The translations under genes and the position numbers were made by a program. DNA of 64,000 nt, taken from contig JAKAVR010000001.1 in the NCBI GenBank assembly GCA_021817225.1, positions 8,002 to 72,001 of the forward strand, in the 5' to 3' direction. Position 1 is the first letter of the stretch, and each line of letters begins with the position of its first letter. This stretch comes from Thermoplasmata archaeon. GTDB taxonomy: Archaea; Thermoplasmatota; Thermoplasmata; Sysuiplasmatales; Sysuiplasmataceae. Below are positions 29,701 through 40,326 of this stretch, in pieces. The notes beneath the pieces were generated by a model that saw only the letters and a program-made list of their open reading frames with translations, ran no database searches and was not told where the DNA came from.

Positions 29701-31680
29701 TCAGGCAACCCTGTTTCTCATTTCTTCGAAGAACCTGAGGGAAGCAGGGTTTGAGACTGAGCCAAGGTTGACAACCTTCTCAACAGGCTGGCCGGAGAGA
29801 ATTCTTTTCACCGGCACTTCCAGTTTCTTCCCGTTGAGCGTCCTTGGAACCTCAGTTATCTGTATTATCTCGTCAGGCACATGCCGTGGAGAAAGCTCTT
29901 TTCTTATCCTATCCCTGATCCTTTTCTTCAGCTCTTCGTCCAGCTTTATTCCAGCGCGAAGCACAACGAAAAGGGGGAGGAAATACTCACCTTCCTTCTT
30001 CTCCAGCCCGATGGCGAGGCTGTCCTGGATTTCGGGCATGGCCTCCACGCATCCGTATACTTCGCTTGTCCCTATCCTAACTCCGTGTCTCTTCAGTGTG
30101 GAATCCGATCTGCCGTATATCACCGCCCCGCCGGCAGGTCTGATCTTTACCCAGTCCCCGTGCCTCCAGACGCCTTCGAACATGCTGAAATAGCTCTCCA
30201 GGTAGCGCTCGTCATTCTTATCGTTCCAGAAGAAGACAGGCATGGACGGGAGCGGTTTTGTAATCACAAGCTCGCCTACCTGGTCAACGAGTGGCCTGCC
30301 ATCGTCCCCGTATGACTCAACGCTCGCCCCCAGGCCCCTGCACTGCAGTTCTCCAGCCCTCACCGGCAGAAGAGGACAGCCGAGAAGGAACGCAGTGCAC
30401 ACATCCGTCCCGCCGCTTACGCTTGTCACCCACATATATGGTCCAACGTTCTCGTATATCCACTGGAATCCGGACGGGGACAGTGGGCTGCCAGTGTAGG
30501 CTACAGACCTGAGCGATGAGAGGTCAAACTCCTCTCGCGGGACGATATGCTCCTTCATGCACGCCCCTATAAACGCGGCACTTGTCCCGAATACCGTCAT
30601 ACGTGTTTCTTCCGCCAGCTTCCACAGTACACCGATATCGGGATAGGCTGCGCTTCCGTCGTAGAGTATGCTCGTTGAGCCGGCGAGCATGGCACTGACA
30701 AGAACATTCCACATCATCCAGCTTGTTGTTGTGAACCAGAAGAATCTGTCTCCTTCCTTCAGGTCCGTATGCAGGATCATCATTTTCAGATGCTCCAGAA
30801 GTATTCCGCCGTGCCCGTGGACTATTGGCTTCGGCAGACCTGTCGTTCCAGAAGAATACAGTATCCAGAGGGGATGCTCGAAGGGGACACGTTCAAACAG
30901 CATATCATGACTGCCTGATGTGCAATCATCCCAGGAAACGGAGGAATCCATCTTCGCATTGCGATCGAGGTAAGGAACGAGAACGAGTCGCTTTATGCTC
31001 TTTATCGACGACATAACCTCTGAAATTGTGTCCCTCCTGTCGTAGTTCCTGCCCCCGTATGTGTAACCGTCGACTGCGATCAGGAGTTTCGGCTCTATCT
31101 GTTCGAATCTGTCGATAACACTCCTGCTCCCCAGATCAGGAGAGCATCCAGACCACACGGCTCCAAGGCTGGCGGCAGCCAGAAATGATATGACAGCCTC
31201 AGGAATATTTGGCAGGTAGCCTGCAACCCTGTCCCCCTTTCCGATGCCGATTGATTTCATGTAATGTGCCATCGCAGCGACCCTCTGCCTGAGCTCATCC
31301 CATGAGACTTCTGCGGTGCCTCCTCTTTCCCCTTTTGCAATCATTGCGGGTCGCTGCCTGCTCCCTCTCCTGAAGAGGTTCTCGGCATAGTTCAGCGTGA
31401 TGCCTTTGAACCACCCCCTGGATGGCATTTTTCTGGAAGCAAGCACATCTGATGCCTTGCCAGAATGAACAACATCCGTATATTCCAACAAATAAAGCCA
31501 GAAGTCTTCCAGCCGCAATGTTGACCATTCCCAGAGAGAACCGTAATCCGGAAAGTGCAGGTTCTTTTTTTCCGACAGCCATTCCATGAATGCCTTCATG
31601 TTCGAACTGCTGGTGAAATGTTCATCCGGGCTCCAGAGAAGCGTTCCTTCCTCGACTGCGGGCATGCCCTTTTCGGACAT
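29701..31680 (-). CDS. acetoacetate--CoA ligase
   Basis: YSSGTTGLPKPIVHGHGG, TTTSWMMWN, SGGTD, WRHGDW, GRSDSTLKRHGVRIGTSE, GKKLEVPVK. Confidence 0.92.
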   Translation of the reverse strand: MSEKGMPAVEEGTLLWSPDEHFTSSSNMKAFMEWLSEKKNLHFPDYGSLWEWSTLRLEDFWLYLLEYTDVVHSGKASDVLASRKMPSRGWFKGITLNYAENLFRRGSRQRPAMIAKGERGGTAEVSWDELRQRVAAMAHYMKSIGIGKGDRVAGYLPNIPEAVISFLAAASLGAVWSGCSPDLGSRSVIDRFEQIEPKLLIAVDGYTYGGRNYDRRDTISEVMSSIKSIKRLVLVPYLDRNAKMDSSVSWDDCTSGSHDMLFERVPFEHPLWILYSSGTTGLPKPIVHGHGGILLEHLKMMILHTDLKEGDRFFWFTTTSWMMWNVLVSAMLAGSTSILYDGSAAYPDIGVLWKLAEETRMTVFGTSAAFIGACMKEHIVPREEFDLSSLRSVAYTGSPLSPSGFQWIYENVGPYMWVTSVSGGTDVCTAFLLGCPLLPVRAGELQCRGLGASVESYGDDGRPLVDQVGELVITKPLPSMPVFFWNDKNDERYLESYFSMFEGVWRHGDWVKIRPAGGAVIYGRSDSTLKRHGVRIGTSEVYGCVEAMPEIQDSLAIGLEKKEGEYFLPLFVVLRAGIKLDEELKKRIRDRIRKELSPRHVPDEIIQITEVPRTLNGKKLEVPVKRILSGQPVEKVVNLGSVSNPASLRFFEEMRNRVA

Positions 31681-31806
31681 CCTCCAAAATATAGGGAGAT
31701 CTTTAGTTAAGCTTTGCCAGTCCTGTGTGGACCGCAGCCGTGGGCGGCACTTCAATCCAGCATCTCTCCTTGTTGCGGCACTCTCCTGCAGTTGAACCGG
31801 CTATTC

Positions 31807-33093
31807 TCAGACCATGCCTTCCAGCAGCGCCGCAACCCCGAGCAGGCCACCGGCGACCACAAGGCAGGAGGCGGTCCAGAATACCGTCATCTGGGCGCGC
31901 GAGTAGGACGTCCCTCTCATAAGCTTGCGATCTGACACCGCCCTTCCCAGGAAGTAGATTGAAGGTATCACCACTATCGTGTAGATGACCATCAGGTTCA
32001 GAAGGAGCTGTATGTAGTCTGCTACAAGCATGACCACGAACAGCGCAGGTATGCTTTCAGTCAGGTAAAGAGTCACAAATGAAGACTGCGATTTGAGTCC
32101 AAGTCCATCCAGAACACCCCATGCCGAGCCCAGGGAGACAACGACAAGTGAAAGGAATCCCGCAGCAACAAAACCGATTCCCATCAGGAGCGGGGCAGCT
32201 TCACCAAGAGCAGCTATTGCGCTTGATATTCCCGAGACCGAAATGAAACCGCCGGCCGATGCAATTCTTGTTCCGTCGATTACAATTATGCTCATCATGA
32301 TTTCCGATACAAGCGCACCCAGGAGTGTTTCCGTCCTTATGCTTCCAACGTGCTCGGTGCCAAGGTTCTTCCTTGAAGTGGCGCCTGACTGAAAGTAAAG
32401 CATCCATGGCATGATGACTGCACCTATGCTCGCCGCCATGAGGTAGGAGAATCCCGACTCGGTATAGGGCTGCAACGGACTAAGTCCCGTAGATACAAAC
32501 CTGGGAATATCGATTGGAAAGACAAGTCCCGAGGCAACTATGGCGCCAAGAAGTACAAAACTAACTGGAATCAGGACAACTTCCGCTTCCCTGTACTGCC
32601 TGCCAATGACTACAAATGCATGCAGTGCAAAGACGGCCAGCAGGCCTGGAATCACAGGCAAATGAAGCAGGGTGAACCCGATGGCTATGCCGGCGAATTC
32701 TGCAACGTATTCAAGGAAGTCTGACACCGCCATGGGTATAGAGGCTACGGCAGCCACTCTCTTTCCGTGTTTGTTCAGTATTGCTTTGCCAAGGCCCATG
32801 CCGCCCGCGGCTCCCAGCCGGCCCGCCGCGTCCTGGATGAGGAAGAGAGGGACTGTCAGGACGAGCATTACGAAGACCATCCGGTACCCCCAGGACGAGC
32901 CGGACTGGAGGCCCGTTATTATTGAGGCTACATCTACATCTGCTATCATCACAAGCCACGCCGGACCGAAGACGCGCAGCAGCGCTGACATTCTTCCCAA
33001 TGCTGAAGCTCCATGGCCCGCTGGTTTCACCCGGAAGGATTTCAGTGGCAGATCCTGCAATTTTCCTGCGGGCGCATGGGAATATGACCCCAT
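31807..33093 (-). CDS. NRAMP-related divalent cation transporter
   Basis: GPAWLVMIADVDVAS, Q..AGRLG, IGAVIMPW; about 11 TM. Confidence 0.85.
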   Translation of the reverse strand: MGSYSHAPAGKLQDLPLKSFRVKPAGHGASALGRMSALLRVFGPAWLVMIADVDVASIITGLQSGSSWGYRMVFVMLVLTVPLFLIQDAAGRLGAAGGMGLGKAILNKHGKRVAAVASIPMAVSDFLEYVAEFAGIAIGFTLLHLPVIPGLLAVFALHAFVVIGRQYREAEVVLIPVSFVLLGAIVASGLVFPIDIPRFVSTGLSPLQPYTESGFSYLMAASIGAVIMPWMLYFQSGATSRKNLGTEHVGSIRTETLLGALVSEIMMSIIVIDGTRIASAGGFISVSGISSAIAALGEAAPLLMGIGFVAAGFLSLVVVSLGSAWGVLDGLGLKSQSSFVTLYLTESIPALFVVMLVADYIQLLLNLMVIYTIVVIPSIYFLGRAVSDRKLMRGTSYSRAQMTVFWTASCLVVAGGLLGVAALLEGMV

Positions 33094-33337
33094 CCATGTA
33101 TCAATACGTTTTGCAATTACGGCTTACGCTCGCTTCCAGCGAAACAAGCTGCCATTTTCATCTTCGGGTAGCGCAGACCGCTGCATCCATGGTGCTTTCC
33201 CGGCGGAACCACCAGAAGGGGGCAGCCTTCTGTTCGGCTGCGGGACGGGCACCATCGGTCTTGGCATGAGCGGCTCGGGTCCAGGGGTTGAAGGGCTGAA
33301 GTCTCCAGGACCTTCCAGTATTGTCGTGGCCACAGCA

Positions 33338-34231
33338 TCACTCCTCCTGCGCCTGGCTGGGGACTGCATTCAATTCAATGTACCTGCCGCCTCTGAGTAT
33401 GCCGAGCATCACTTCCTTTCCGACGGCATCCTCTGCCAGAAGGTTGGAGATTCCAAATTCTCGCGATGCGTTCCTGCCGCCGACTGTCAGCAGAATATCC
33501 CCTGGAATTAGGCCAGCCACCTCTGCCGGGCTGCCTTTCTCCACCGACATTATAAGCAGGCCGTTTCTACCCTGCTTCATGCTTTCGGGAAGCCTGACAT
33601 AGCTGAGGCCAACTCCAAGATATGGCCTTCCTGGCGTCTTGCCTGTCAGGATGCCGTCCACCCTGCGTGCAATCCTGTTGACCGGGACTGCAATTCCTCT
33701 TGAGGAGACAAGAGCAACATTCATACCGACAATCTGGCCGGAAGCGTTTACGAGCGGACCCCCGGAGTAACCAGGACCGACCCTGGCATCGGTGACAATT
33801 GCCTCATCCAGCGAAAAGTTCCACCAGCCTCCCACTCTTTTCCTGACGCCCGTTATTATTCCGGACGTCGCTCCGACTCCACCATCGTACGGGTTTGCCA
33901 GCGCCAGCACAAACTGTCCGACCCGCAGGCGGTCTGAATCGCCCCTCCTGATTGGAGTGAGGTGTTCCGAGCACTCTATCAGGGCTATGTCCGAGGCAGT
34001 GTCGTGCCCTTTCACAATGCCCGAAAACTGTCTTCCTTCGACAGATATGTCGACTTCGTCATAATCCTCTACAACGTGGTATGCAGTGACCGCATGTCTT
34101 TCATCCCAGGCAATTCCTGTCCCTGCATTTCCCGGCCCACGCACAGAGAGGACAGATGGGCTGGCTTCCACCGCAACTCTTTCTATGTCATCCGAAAAGG
34201 TCTGTAGTGTAAACAATGTCTCGCTGCTCAC
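33338..34231 (-). CDS. S1C (HtrA-like) serine protease with PDZ domain
   Basis: TAYH, SDIAL, GYSGGPL triad; YLGV PDZ; no signal peptide. Confidence 0.9.
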   Translation of the reverse strand: MSSETLFTLQTFSDDIERVAVEASPSVLSVRGPGNAGTGIAWDERHAVTAYHVVEDYDEVDISVEGRQFSGIVKGHDTASDIALIECSEHLTPIRRGDSDRLRVGQFVLALANPYDGGVGATSGIITGVRKRVGGWWNFSLDEAIVTDARVGPGYSGGPLVNASGQIVGMNVALVSSRGIAVPVNRIARRVDGILTGKTPGRPYLGVGLSYVRLPESMKQGRNGLLIMSVEKGSPAEVAGLIPGDILLTVGGRNASREFGISNLLAEDAVGKEVMLGILRGGRYIELNAVPSQAQEE

Positions 34232-34299
34232 TTGATTTCACCGCAGACGGATAAGCGGTGTGGATACTTGTTGACGGAGATTCGGATAATGCAATCACG

Positions 34300-34914
34300 T
34301 CAATTCTCGAAAACGCCCGGGCCGCCGGAATGATAGTTTTGGAGTCTGTGATGTCCCTGATCGTATAGCCTGGAGATGTACCCGACAAGCTGGTGGGAAG
34401 CTGCCACCGCCTCCGAAAGGCCCTCGCCCTCCAGGATTCTGCCCTCTATTACAAGTTCCTCCTGGCTGAAAATGGCATCCACCTGGATCCTGCCGCCCTC
34501 TGTTATCCATTTAAGCGTGGTCCCATTCCCGTCCCCCGAGTAGCCAAGCCATCTCAGGGGGCCAAACCATCGTCCCATGAGGCCGGACACCACTCGCCCG
34601 TTCTGATAGTCGGGGAGCAGCGTGCGGAGGAGAACAATCCCTGTCCTGTGCTGGCCCATCTGCCTCGCGCCTGACAGGTCACGGCCACGCTCCGTAACTA
34701 TGTAGCCGTGCTCTGTCTTGGTGAGGACACCCTGATCCTCCAGCCTGGCGAGTATTCTGGAAAGTGTTTCGGAATGTGTTCCGAGTTTCCTTTTCAGGCC
34801 TTCGAATGTGAAACCGTGCAGATCCTCCTCTCCTATGACGCGCATCACTGAGGAATCCCTGTCGGCAGGAGCATATGAGCCCTCTGCCTTCCCTTCGTCA
34901 TGGAAAGGTTCCAT
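34300..34914 (-). CDS. winged-helix domain protein
   Basis: FEGLKRKLGTHSETLSRILARLEDQG..YIVTERG; start placed at MEPF. Confidence 0.7.
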   Translation of the reverse strand: MEPFHDEGKAEGSYAPADRDSSVMRVIGEEDLHGFTFEGLKRKLGTHSETLSRILARLEDQGVLTKTEHGYIVTERGRDLSGARQMGQHRTGIVLLRTLLPDYQNGRVVSGLMGRWFGPLRWLGYSGDGNGTTLKWITEGGRIQVDAIFSQEELVIEGRILEGEGLSEAVAASHQLVGYISRLYDQGHHRLQNYHSGGPGVFEN

Positions 34915-35043
34915 TGTCAATCCGTACTCCCCCCATATTACAACTATCGGGGATAAAACCCTTGGTAAACAACATGACTCCCTTCGTGCCCCTGGCAACG
35001 GAGACCCTGCCCAGCACAGGCACAATAGTCAAATTCTCCTTCA

Positions 35044-35607
35044 TCAGTGATGGAACGGCGTGTGCATTAGTTTCCTTTCACGATACATGCTCTTGTTCAT
35101 AATCAACGAGCGCACCCTGTAGTACAGAGCGGTCACATATACAGCTCCCGCAACAGCTCCAACTCCACCTATGAACAGCAACACCTTCACCAGAAGTCCA
35201 GGTATCCACGATATAAGGAATCCGAGCGACAGCGGCACCACGTCACCGAAGTGCGTGAAGTCGAATGGAAACACAGTAAAGAACCAGAAACAGAACAAAG
35301 CAGCGAGTATGTATCCGGAGACATCAAGAGGTCTTATTTCGTTGCGCTTTCCAAGCACTGCTCTTGCGGTGCCTGTCGCAATTCCGAATGAAATCGAAGC
35401 ATAGAACAGGGCCATCTCGAAAGGACCGAATCCGGCCGTGAAGAATCCTGTATTCCAGACCTGGTGCGCAACGAAGAAGAAGACGGTCAGCACGGTGACA
35501 ACGATACCTGCAACTTCCCCCGTGCGCTCCGAAAGTTTCATTTCGTCCCTGAGGACAGCCGTCCTTGCCGTCCTTCCCAACCAGCCCAGCTCACTTGATT
35601 CATACAA
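35044..35607 (-). CDS. hypothetical membrane protein
   Basis: About 4 TM segments. Confidence 0.7.
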   Translation of the reverse strand: MYESSELGWLGRTARTAVLRDEMKLSERTGEVAGIVVTVLTVFFFVAHQVWNTGFFTAGFGPFEMALFYASISFGIATGTARAVLGKRNEIRPLDVSGYILAALFCFWFFTVFPFDFTHFGDVVPLSLGFLISWIPGLLVKVLLFIGGVGAVAGAVYVTALYYRVRSLIMNKSMYRERKLMHTPFHH

Positions 35608-36060
35608 TGAAGGCGTAGCCAGTCACCACTCTGTGTAGCAAGCCCACAAGTTGATACATAAGCATAGCCTGTGTAGAATCAGCATAGATTTTACACAGTC
35701 AGGGATGATTGTTTCTTGAATTCTCCTTGCCAAACAACATTGCCGTTACGGGTGAAATGAAATCTGCAATTGCGGTTCCCGAAAGGGTATCAGACAGTGT
35801 ACCGATTCTGCTGTAATTTGCTGATACTGTACATCCATTCTGATTCACTCCTGATGATTCAAGAGTGAAAGTACAGGGTCTATTCAAAATTACAGCAAAA
35901 TGTGTACACGTCCCAGAAGGCATTCGGCGAACTCAGGAAGCTCGACCTGTCGGATGTCAAAACTTTCCAACTGCCGTAAACAGTAATACTGCCCGCAATG
36001 ACCCGGCAGCCGTTGCATTGTGGAGGCATACTGTTTTATCCATGGTTTTGATAATTTGCC

Positions 36061-37035
36061 ATGATGAAATTCGGCATACTTGGTCTTGGAAATCATGCGA
36101 AAAGCAGAGTGATGCCCGCAATTGCCAAGGCGGGGCATGAGATTAGCGCGATCTACAGCAGGAAAATAGAAAAGGCAAGGGAAGAAGGCTCGAAGTATTC
36201 CTCCAGGGCATACGACAGTCTTGAAGGGTTCATGAAGTCGGGAATAGATGCGGTGTACATTGCTTCTCCCAACTTCCTGCACTATGAACAGGCTAGGCAA
36301 TCCCTTCTGAACGGCAAACACGTGCTGCTTGAGAAGCAGATGACTCTTCGGAACGACCATGCATCAGAGCTTGTCAGGCTTGCGGCCGATAAGGGATTGG
36401 CTCTTGCGGTTGGTTTCCACCTGCGTTTTCATCCGGCCATCGGACAGGTCAGGAAGATGATTCAGGAGGGAAGACTGGGTGAGTTGACGTACATCTCTGG
36501 AATATGGGCCAGCTACTCCTCCAGGAACTACGACAATCCCGACAACAAGTGGTGGATGGAAGACGAGCAGGCAGGCGGTGGCTCGGTCATGGGGACGGGT
36601 GTGCATGTCATGGACACAATCAATTACATTGCAGGAGAAGCACCGCAGTCGGTGAACTGTTTCAAGATCCCGCGCGGAGCGGTAATCGATACCACCGAAC
36701 AGGTGAGCATACAGTATCCCTCGGTGGTGGCAAGCGCTGTATCATCACGCAGAATAAGAAACTCGGAAAACAGTCTCGTTGTCTGCGGGACAGGCGGAAC
36801 AGTTACCGTCAGGGGCATGTTCTCAACCGATGTCAATTCAAAGCTCCTGCTCGGCGCCGAGCCGATGGAGCAATTCAGCGGTCTGAACATGTATGAGGAG
36901 GAAGTGAAAGCTTTCAATGACCTGGTCCGGGGGCACAGCGGTGTTATAGCCACGGGCTCCGACGGCGAGCTTGTCGTCAGAATGGTCAATGCCGCCACTG
37001 CCGCCGAGAAGGAAGGAAGAAGCGTGAAACTTTAG
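36061..37035 (+). CDS. Gfo/Idh/MocA family oxidoreductase
   Basis: GILGLG, DAVYIASPNFLH, GKHVLLEK, GGG..GVH. Confidence 0.92.
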   Translation: MMKFGILGLGNHAKSRVMPAIAKAGHEISAIYSRKIEKAREEGSKYSSRAYDSLEGFMKSGIDAVYIASPNFLHYEQARQSLLNGKHVLLEKQMTLRNDHASELVRLAADKGLALAVGFHLRFHPAIGQVRKMIQEGRLGELTYISGIWASYSSRNYDNPDNKWWMEDEQAGGGSVMGTGVHVMDTINYIAGEAPQSVNCFKIPRGAVIDTTEQVSIQYPSVVASAVSSRRIRNSENSLVVCGTGGTVTVRGMFSTDVNSKLLLGAEPMEQFSGLNMYEEEVKAFNDLVRGHSGVIATGSDGELVVRMVNAATAAEKEGRSVKL

Positions 37036-37085
37036 TCCCTGCGGCCCCAGCATGAACGCCTGCGGGTGCATCCAGGCAGGGATGC

Positions 37086-37367
37086 TCAGACGTTGTAAAT
37101 TCTGTGATAGGGTCTTCCCGTCAGCATGTGTGAGCCACCCGACTTTGCACCGCTGAACTCCCTGGACTTGATGAACGATTCAAAGGAATCCCTGTCCTTC
37201 CATTCGGAGTAAATGAGATAGCTGCCCGCTTTATCGACTCTCTTGTAAAGCAGAGCTGACACAAAACCGTTCATCTTCTTTATTTCGTCTACGACGACCT
37301 CAAAGAATTTTTCGAAATCGCTTTCTCTGCCGGGAACAACGTCATAATACAAACCGACCGTCAGCAT
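37086..37367 (-). CDS. ABM (antibiotic biosynthesis monooxygenase) domain protein
   Basis: Ferredoxin-like pattern V.PGRE.DFE..GF..YLIYSEW..F; divergent from chdC. Confidence 0.8.
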   Translation of the reverse strand: MLTVGLYYDVVPGRESDFEKFFEVVVDEIKKMNGFVSALLYKRVDKAGSYLIYSEWKDRDSFESFIKSREFSGAKSGGSHMLTGRPYHRIYNV

Positions 37368-37713
37368 GGATTCGCCGTGTGACTGAAGACGGAACTTGTA
37401 TTTTAGCAGGTGTGATGTCTCAAACGACGTAGAGGCGCTCAGGCAGGTGTCAAGTATCGTGACGCCAAATCGGCGGGAATGGCACTGTTTTCCAACGGGG
37501 CAATGGAATTCAAATCCCCGTGCGCATGGCTGAAGGAAATGACGGGACCGCTTCCCGAGACTCCGGGGAAGGGAATTCTTGCAGATTCACGATCATCCCT
37601 TCAAGGCACACGGGAGGGCTGCGGCTCTGCTCTGTCCGCTTCGCTTGTTTGTGGCAAAAGATACGTTTGAATAAGTGAAGCTTTTAGAGCCAGATTGTTC
37701 GGGAACAGAAGTG

Positions 37714-38412
37714 ATGCCTGTGGACGGAAATGCTAAGGAAGGTTCATTTGTCCAGTTCGCGGTATTCAAGCTTGATTCGAAATGGCACGTGCTTGGTCTG
37801 GACGAGAGGAGAAAGGGCGTGGCTGCCTTTCTTGATTCCCTTGATGGAAGGCATGTACACACGCACATCTACCTGCTCTCCGGCCTGAAGGCGTCGTCGG
37901 ATATACTTCTATGGAAGATCGCAAAGAATATGGAGGACCTCCAGGACAGTCATATCGCAATGAAGCGGACAGTTTTCGGCTCGCATCTTTCAGACGTGGC
38001 GATATACACCGGTGTCACAAAACCCTCCACATATACAAGGACCGAGAGCGAGCTAGAATTCCTTGCCTCTGCAGAGAAGAGGAAGAAATACATCTCATTT
38101 TACCCATTCACGAAAACGGTCGAATGGTATCTCCTGGCATATGAGAAGCGGAGGAAGATAATGTCAGACCACATCGCTATAGGCAAGAAGTTTCCAGAAG
38201 TGTCACAGGTGCTGCTTTACTCTTTCGGTGCGGACGACCAGGAATTTGTTGTTGCCTACGAGATGGACGACATGAAGCAATACATAGACTGTGTCATGGC
38301 GCTCAGGGAGAGCGAAAGCAGGCTTTACACTAAAACCGACACACCTGTATTCACAGGTGTAAGAAAGAGGCCGGAGGAGCTTCTCTCTCTGTTTGGTGGT
38401 ATCAACGAATGA
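37714..38412 (+). CDS. chdC: chlorite dismutase family protein, probable coproheme decarboxylase
   Basis: YPFTKT.EWYLL..RRKIM.DH..G, YSFG.DDQEF, LRESE; upstream of hemE-hemH. Confidence 0.8.
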   Translation: MPVDGNAKEGSFVQFAVFKLDSKWHVLGLDERRKGVAAFLDSLDGRHVHTHIYLLSGLKASSDILLWKIAKNMEDLQDSHIAMKRTVFGSHLSDVAIYTGVTKPSTYTRTESELEFLASAEKRKKYISFYPFTKTVEWYLLAYEKRRKIMSDHIAIGKKFPEVSQVLLYSFGADDQEFVVAYEMDDMKQYIDCVMALRESESRLYTKTDTPVFTGVRKRPEELLSLFGGINE

Positions 38413-39433
38413 CAGGCTTCTGAAGGCTTGCCGCCTTGAGCGGACCGATGTCCGGCCTGTCTGGTTCATGAGACAGGCAGGCAGATACATGAAGGACTAC
38501 AGGGAAATAAGAAAGAAGCATGAGCTGCTCGAAATATGCAGGACTCCGGAACTGTCCGCCACGGTCGCAGCAATGCCAGTGGAGCAATTCGGCGTTGACG
38601 CTGCGATTCTCTTTTCTGACATAATGATACCGCTGCTTGAGATGGGAGTCGGCCTGCAGATAGTAGAAGACGTGGGTCCGGTCCTTGACCGACCTGTGCG
38701 CTCGCTGGAAGACGTGAAGGCAATGCAGCAGCTGGAGACCGGCAGAGTCTCCTATGTGGCAGAATCAATCAGACTGACCAGGAAAGCGCTGAATGACAGC
38801 GTCCCTGTCATAGGTTTCTCAGGTGCGCCATTCACTCTGGCAAGCTACCTGATCGAGGGAAGGGGCTCCAGGAACTACCTGAATGTTAAGGCGATGATGT
38901 ACACAAGACAGGATGCATGGCGCCTGCTCATGGAGAAACTCTCCAGGGTGGTGTCGGACTACCTGATGGAACAGGCCAGGGCGGGCTGTCAGGTCGTTCA
39001 GTTGTTCGACAGCTGGGCAGGAGCACTTTCAGCAGAAGACTACAGCGCCTACGTGCTGCCCTACATGTGTGAAATAGCTGAAAAACTCGCCGCAGCAGGC
39101 GTCACTGTCATAAGCTTCTCAACAGGCAACAGCGCGCTGCTCCCGCTAATGAAGTGCAGGGGTGTGGGGGTGATATCAGTGGACTGGAAGGTCAACATAG
39201 ATGATGCATGGCGCATGATTGGCTATGATGTCGCAGTGCAGGGCAATCTTGATCCTGCTGTGATGCTTGCCGACAGGGATTTTATTGTCGACCGGGCAAA
39301 GGCAATACTCGGGCGGACTTCAGGGAGGAATGGGCACATATTCAATCTCGGACACGGAATGCTGAAGGAGACGCCCGAGGAGAACGTGAAGGCGCTTGTG
39401 GAATTTGTCCACGGCTGGGAGTTGGATAAATGA
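38393..39433 (+). CDS. hemE: uroporphyrinogen decarboxylase
   Basis: [41 protein letters not shown]. Confidence 0.96.
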   Translation: MVVSTNDRLLKACRLERTDVRPVWFMRQAGRYMKDYREIRKKHELLEICRTPELSATVAAMPVEQFGVDAAILFSDIMIPLLEMGVGLQIVEDVGPVLDRPVRSLEDVKAMQQLETGRVSYVAESIRLTRKALNDSVPVIGFSGAPFTLASYLIEGRGSRNYLNVKAMMYTRQDAWRLLMEKLSRVVSDYLMEQARAGCQVVQLFDSWAGALSAEDYSAYVLPYMCEIAEKLAAAGVTVISFSTGNSALLPLMKCRGVGVISVDWKVNIDDAWRMIGYDVAVQGNLDPAVMLADRDFIVDRAKAILGRTSGRNGHIFNLGHGMLKETPEENVKALVEFVHGWELDK

Positions 39434-40317
39434 AGGCTGTGCTTCTGACAGCCTATGGATCGCCTTCGGGCATTGATGACGTTGAACGCTACTACACAAA
39501 GATACTGGGAGGAAGGAAGCCGCCCGCGGCACTCCTTGATGAACTCAGGTCGAGGTATGCTGCGATTGGAGGCATTTCCCCCCTTACAGAAATCACAAGC
39601 AGGCAGGCCATATCCCTCCAGGCCATGCTTGCTTCGCTTGGCAGCAACATTGCCGTCCGCGTAGGCATGAAGTACACCAGCCCATTCATCGGTGAAGTCG
39701 TCTCGAGAATGAATGAGGAGGGTGTGAAGAGCATGCTTCTCCTACCCCTCACGCCTTTCAACTCGTCCGTCAGCGCCGAGAGTTATCTGAAGATCGCCCT
39801 CGAAGCCGCAAGTACCGCGGGGCACAGTGTGACAATATCATCGCCTGGCCCATGGCATTTGAACGACCATTTTGTCGAATGCTGGAAAAAGCTCATAAAT
39901 GCCGAGCTGCGCGGGAAGGAGCATGTAATATTCACCGCCCACAGCATACCGAAGAAGTACATAGACGCGGGCGAACCCTACAGGGAGCAGCTCGAGGAAC
40001 TTGCTTCTCTGCTTGGGAGGAAGCTTGGGATTGCCGACTCCGAACTTGCATTCCAGAGCGCTGGAAGGACAAGCGAGGAATGGATCGGCCCGTCGCTGAC
40101 CGAGAGGATTGCCGCGCTTGGAAGGGAAGGGCATTCAGAAGCGCTCATTGTTCCAATAGGCTTTGTTTCAGAGCACCTTGAGGTTCTCTACGACATAGAC
40201 ATAGAGGCGAAGGAAGCTGCGGCAAGGGCTGGCATGTCTGTCAGGAGAACAGCGCTGCCAGACGATCATCCGCTTTTCATCAGGGCGCTCGCCGATGTGT
40301 GCCTTGCCTCACGCTGA
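39430..40317 (+). CDS. hemH: ferrochelatase (coproporphyrin-type by context)
   Basis: AYGSP, RYAAIGGISPL, FTAHSIP, FQSAG..WIGP, FVSEHLEVLYDID. Confidence 0.93.
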   Translation: MKAVLLTAYGSPSGIDDVERYYTKILGGRKPPAALLDELRSRYAAIGGISPLTEITSRQAISLQAMLASLGSNIAVRVGMKYTSPFIGEVVSRMNEEGVKSMLLLPLTPFNSSVSAESYLKIALEAASTAGHSVTISSPGPWHLNDHFVECWKKLINAELRGKEHVIFTAHSIPKKYIDAGEPYREQLEELASLLGRKLGIADSELAFQSAGRTSEEWIGPSLTERIAALGREGHSEALIVPIGFVSEHLEVLYDIDIEAKEAAARAGMSVRRTALPDDHPLFIRALADVCLASR

Positions 40318-40326
40318 ATCTGCCTG

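Noticed and set aside
29147-30193. 348-aa plus-strand ORF and many similar long antisense ORFs
   Set aside because: Shadow frames opposite well-supported genes, with no recognisable motifs.
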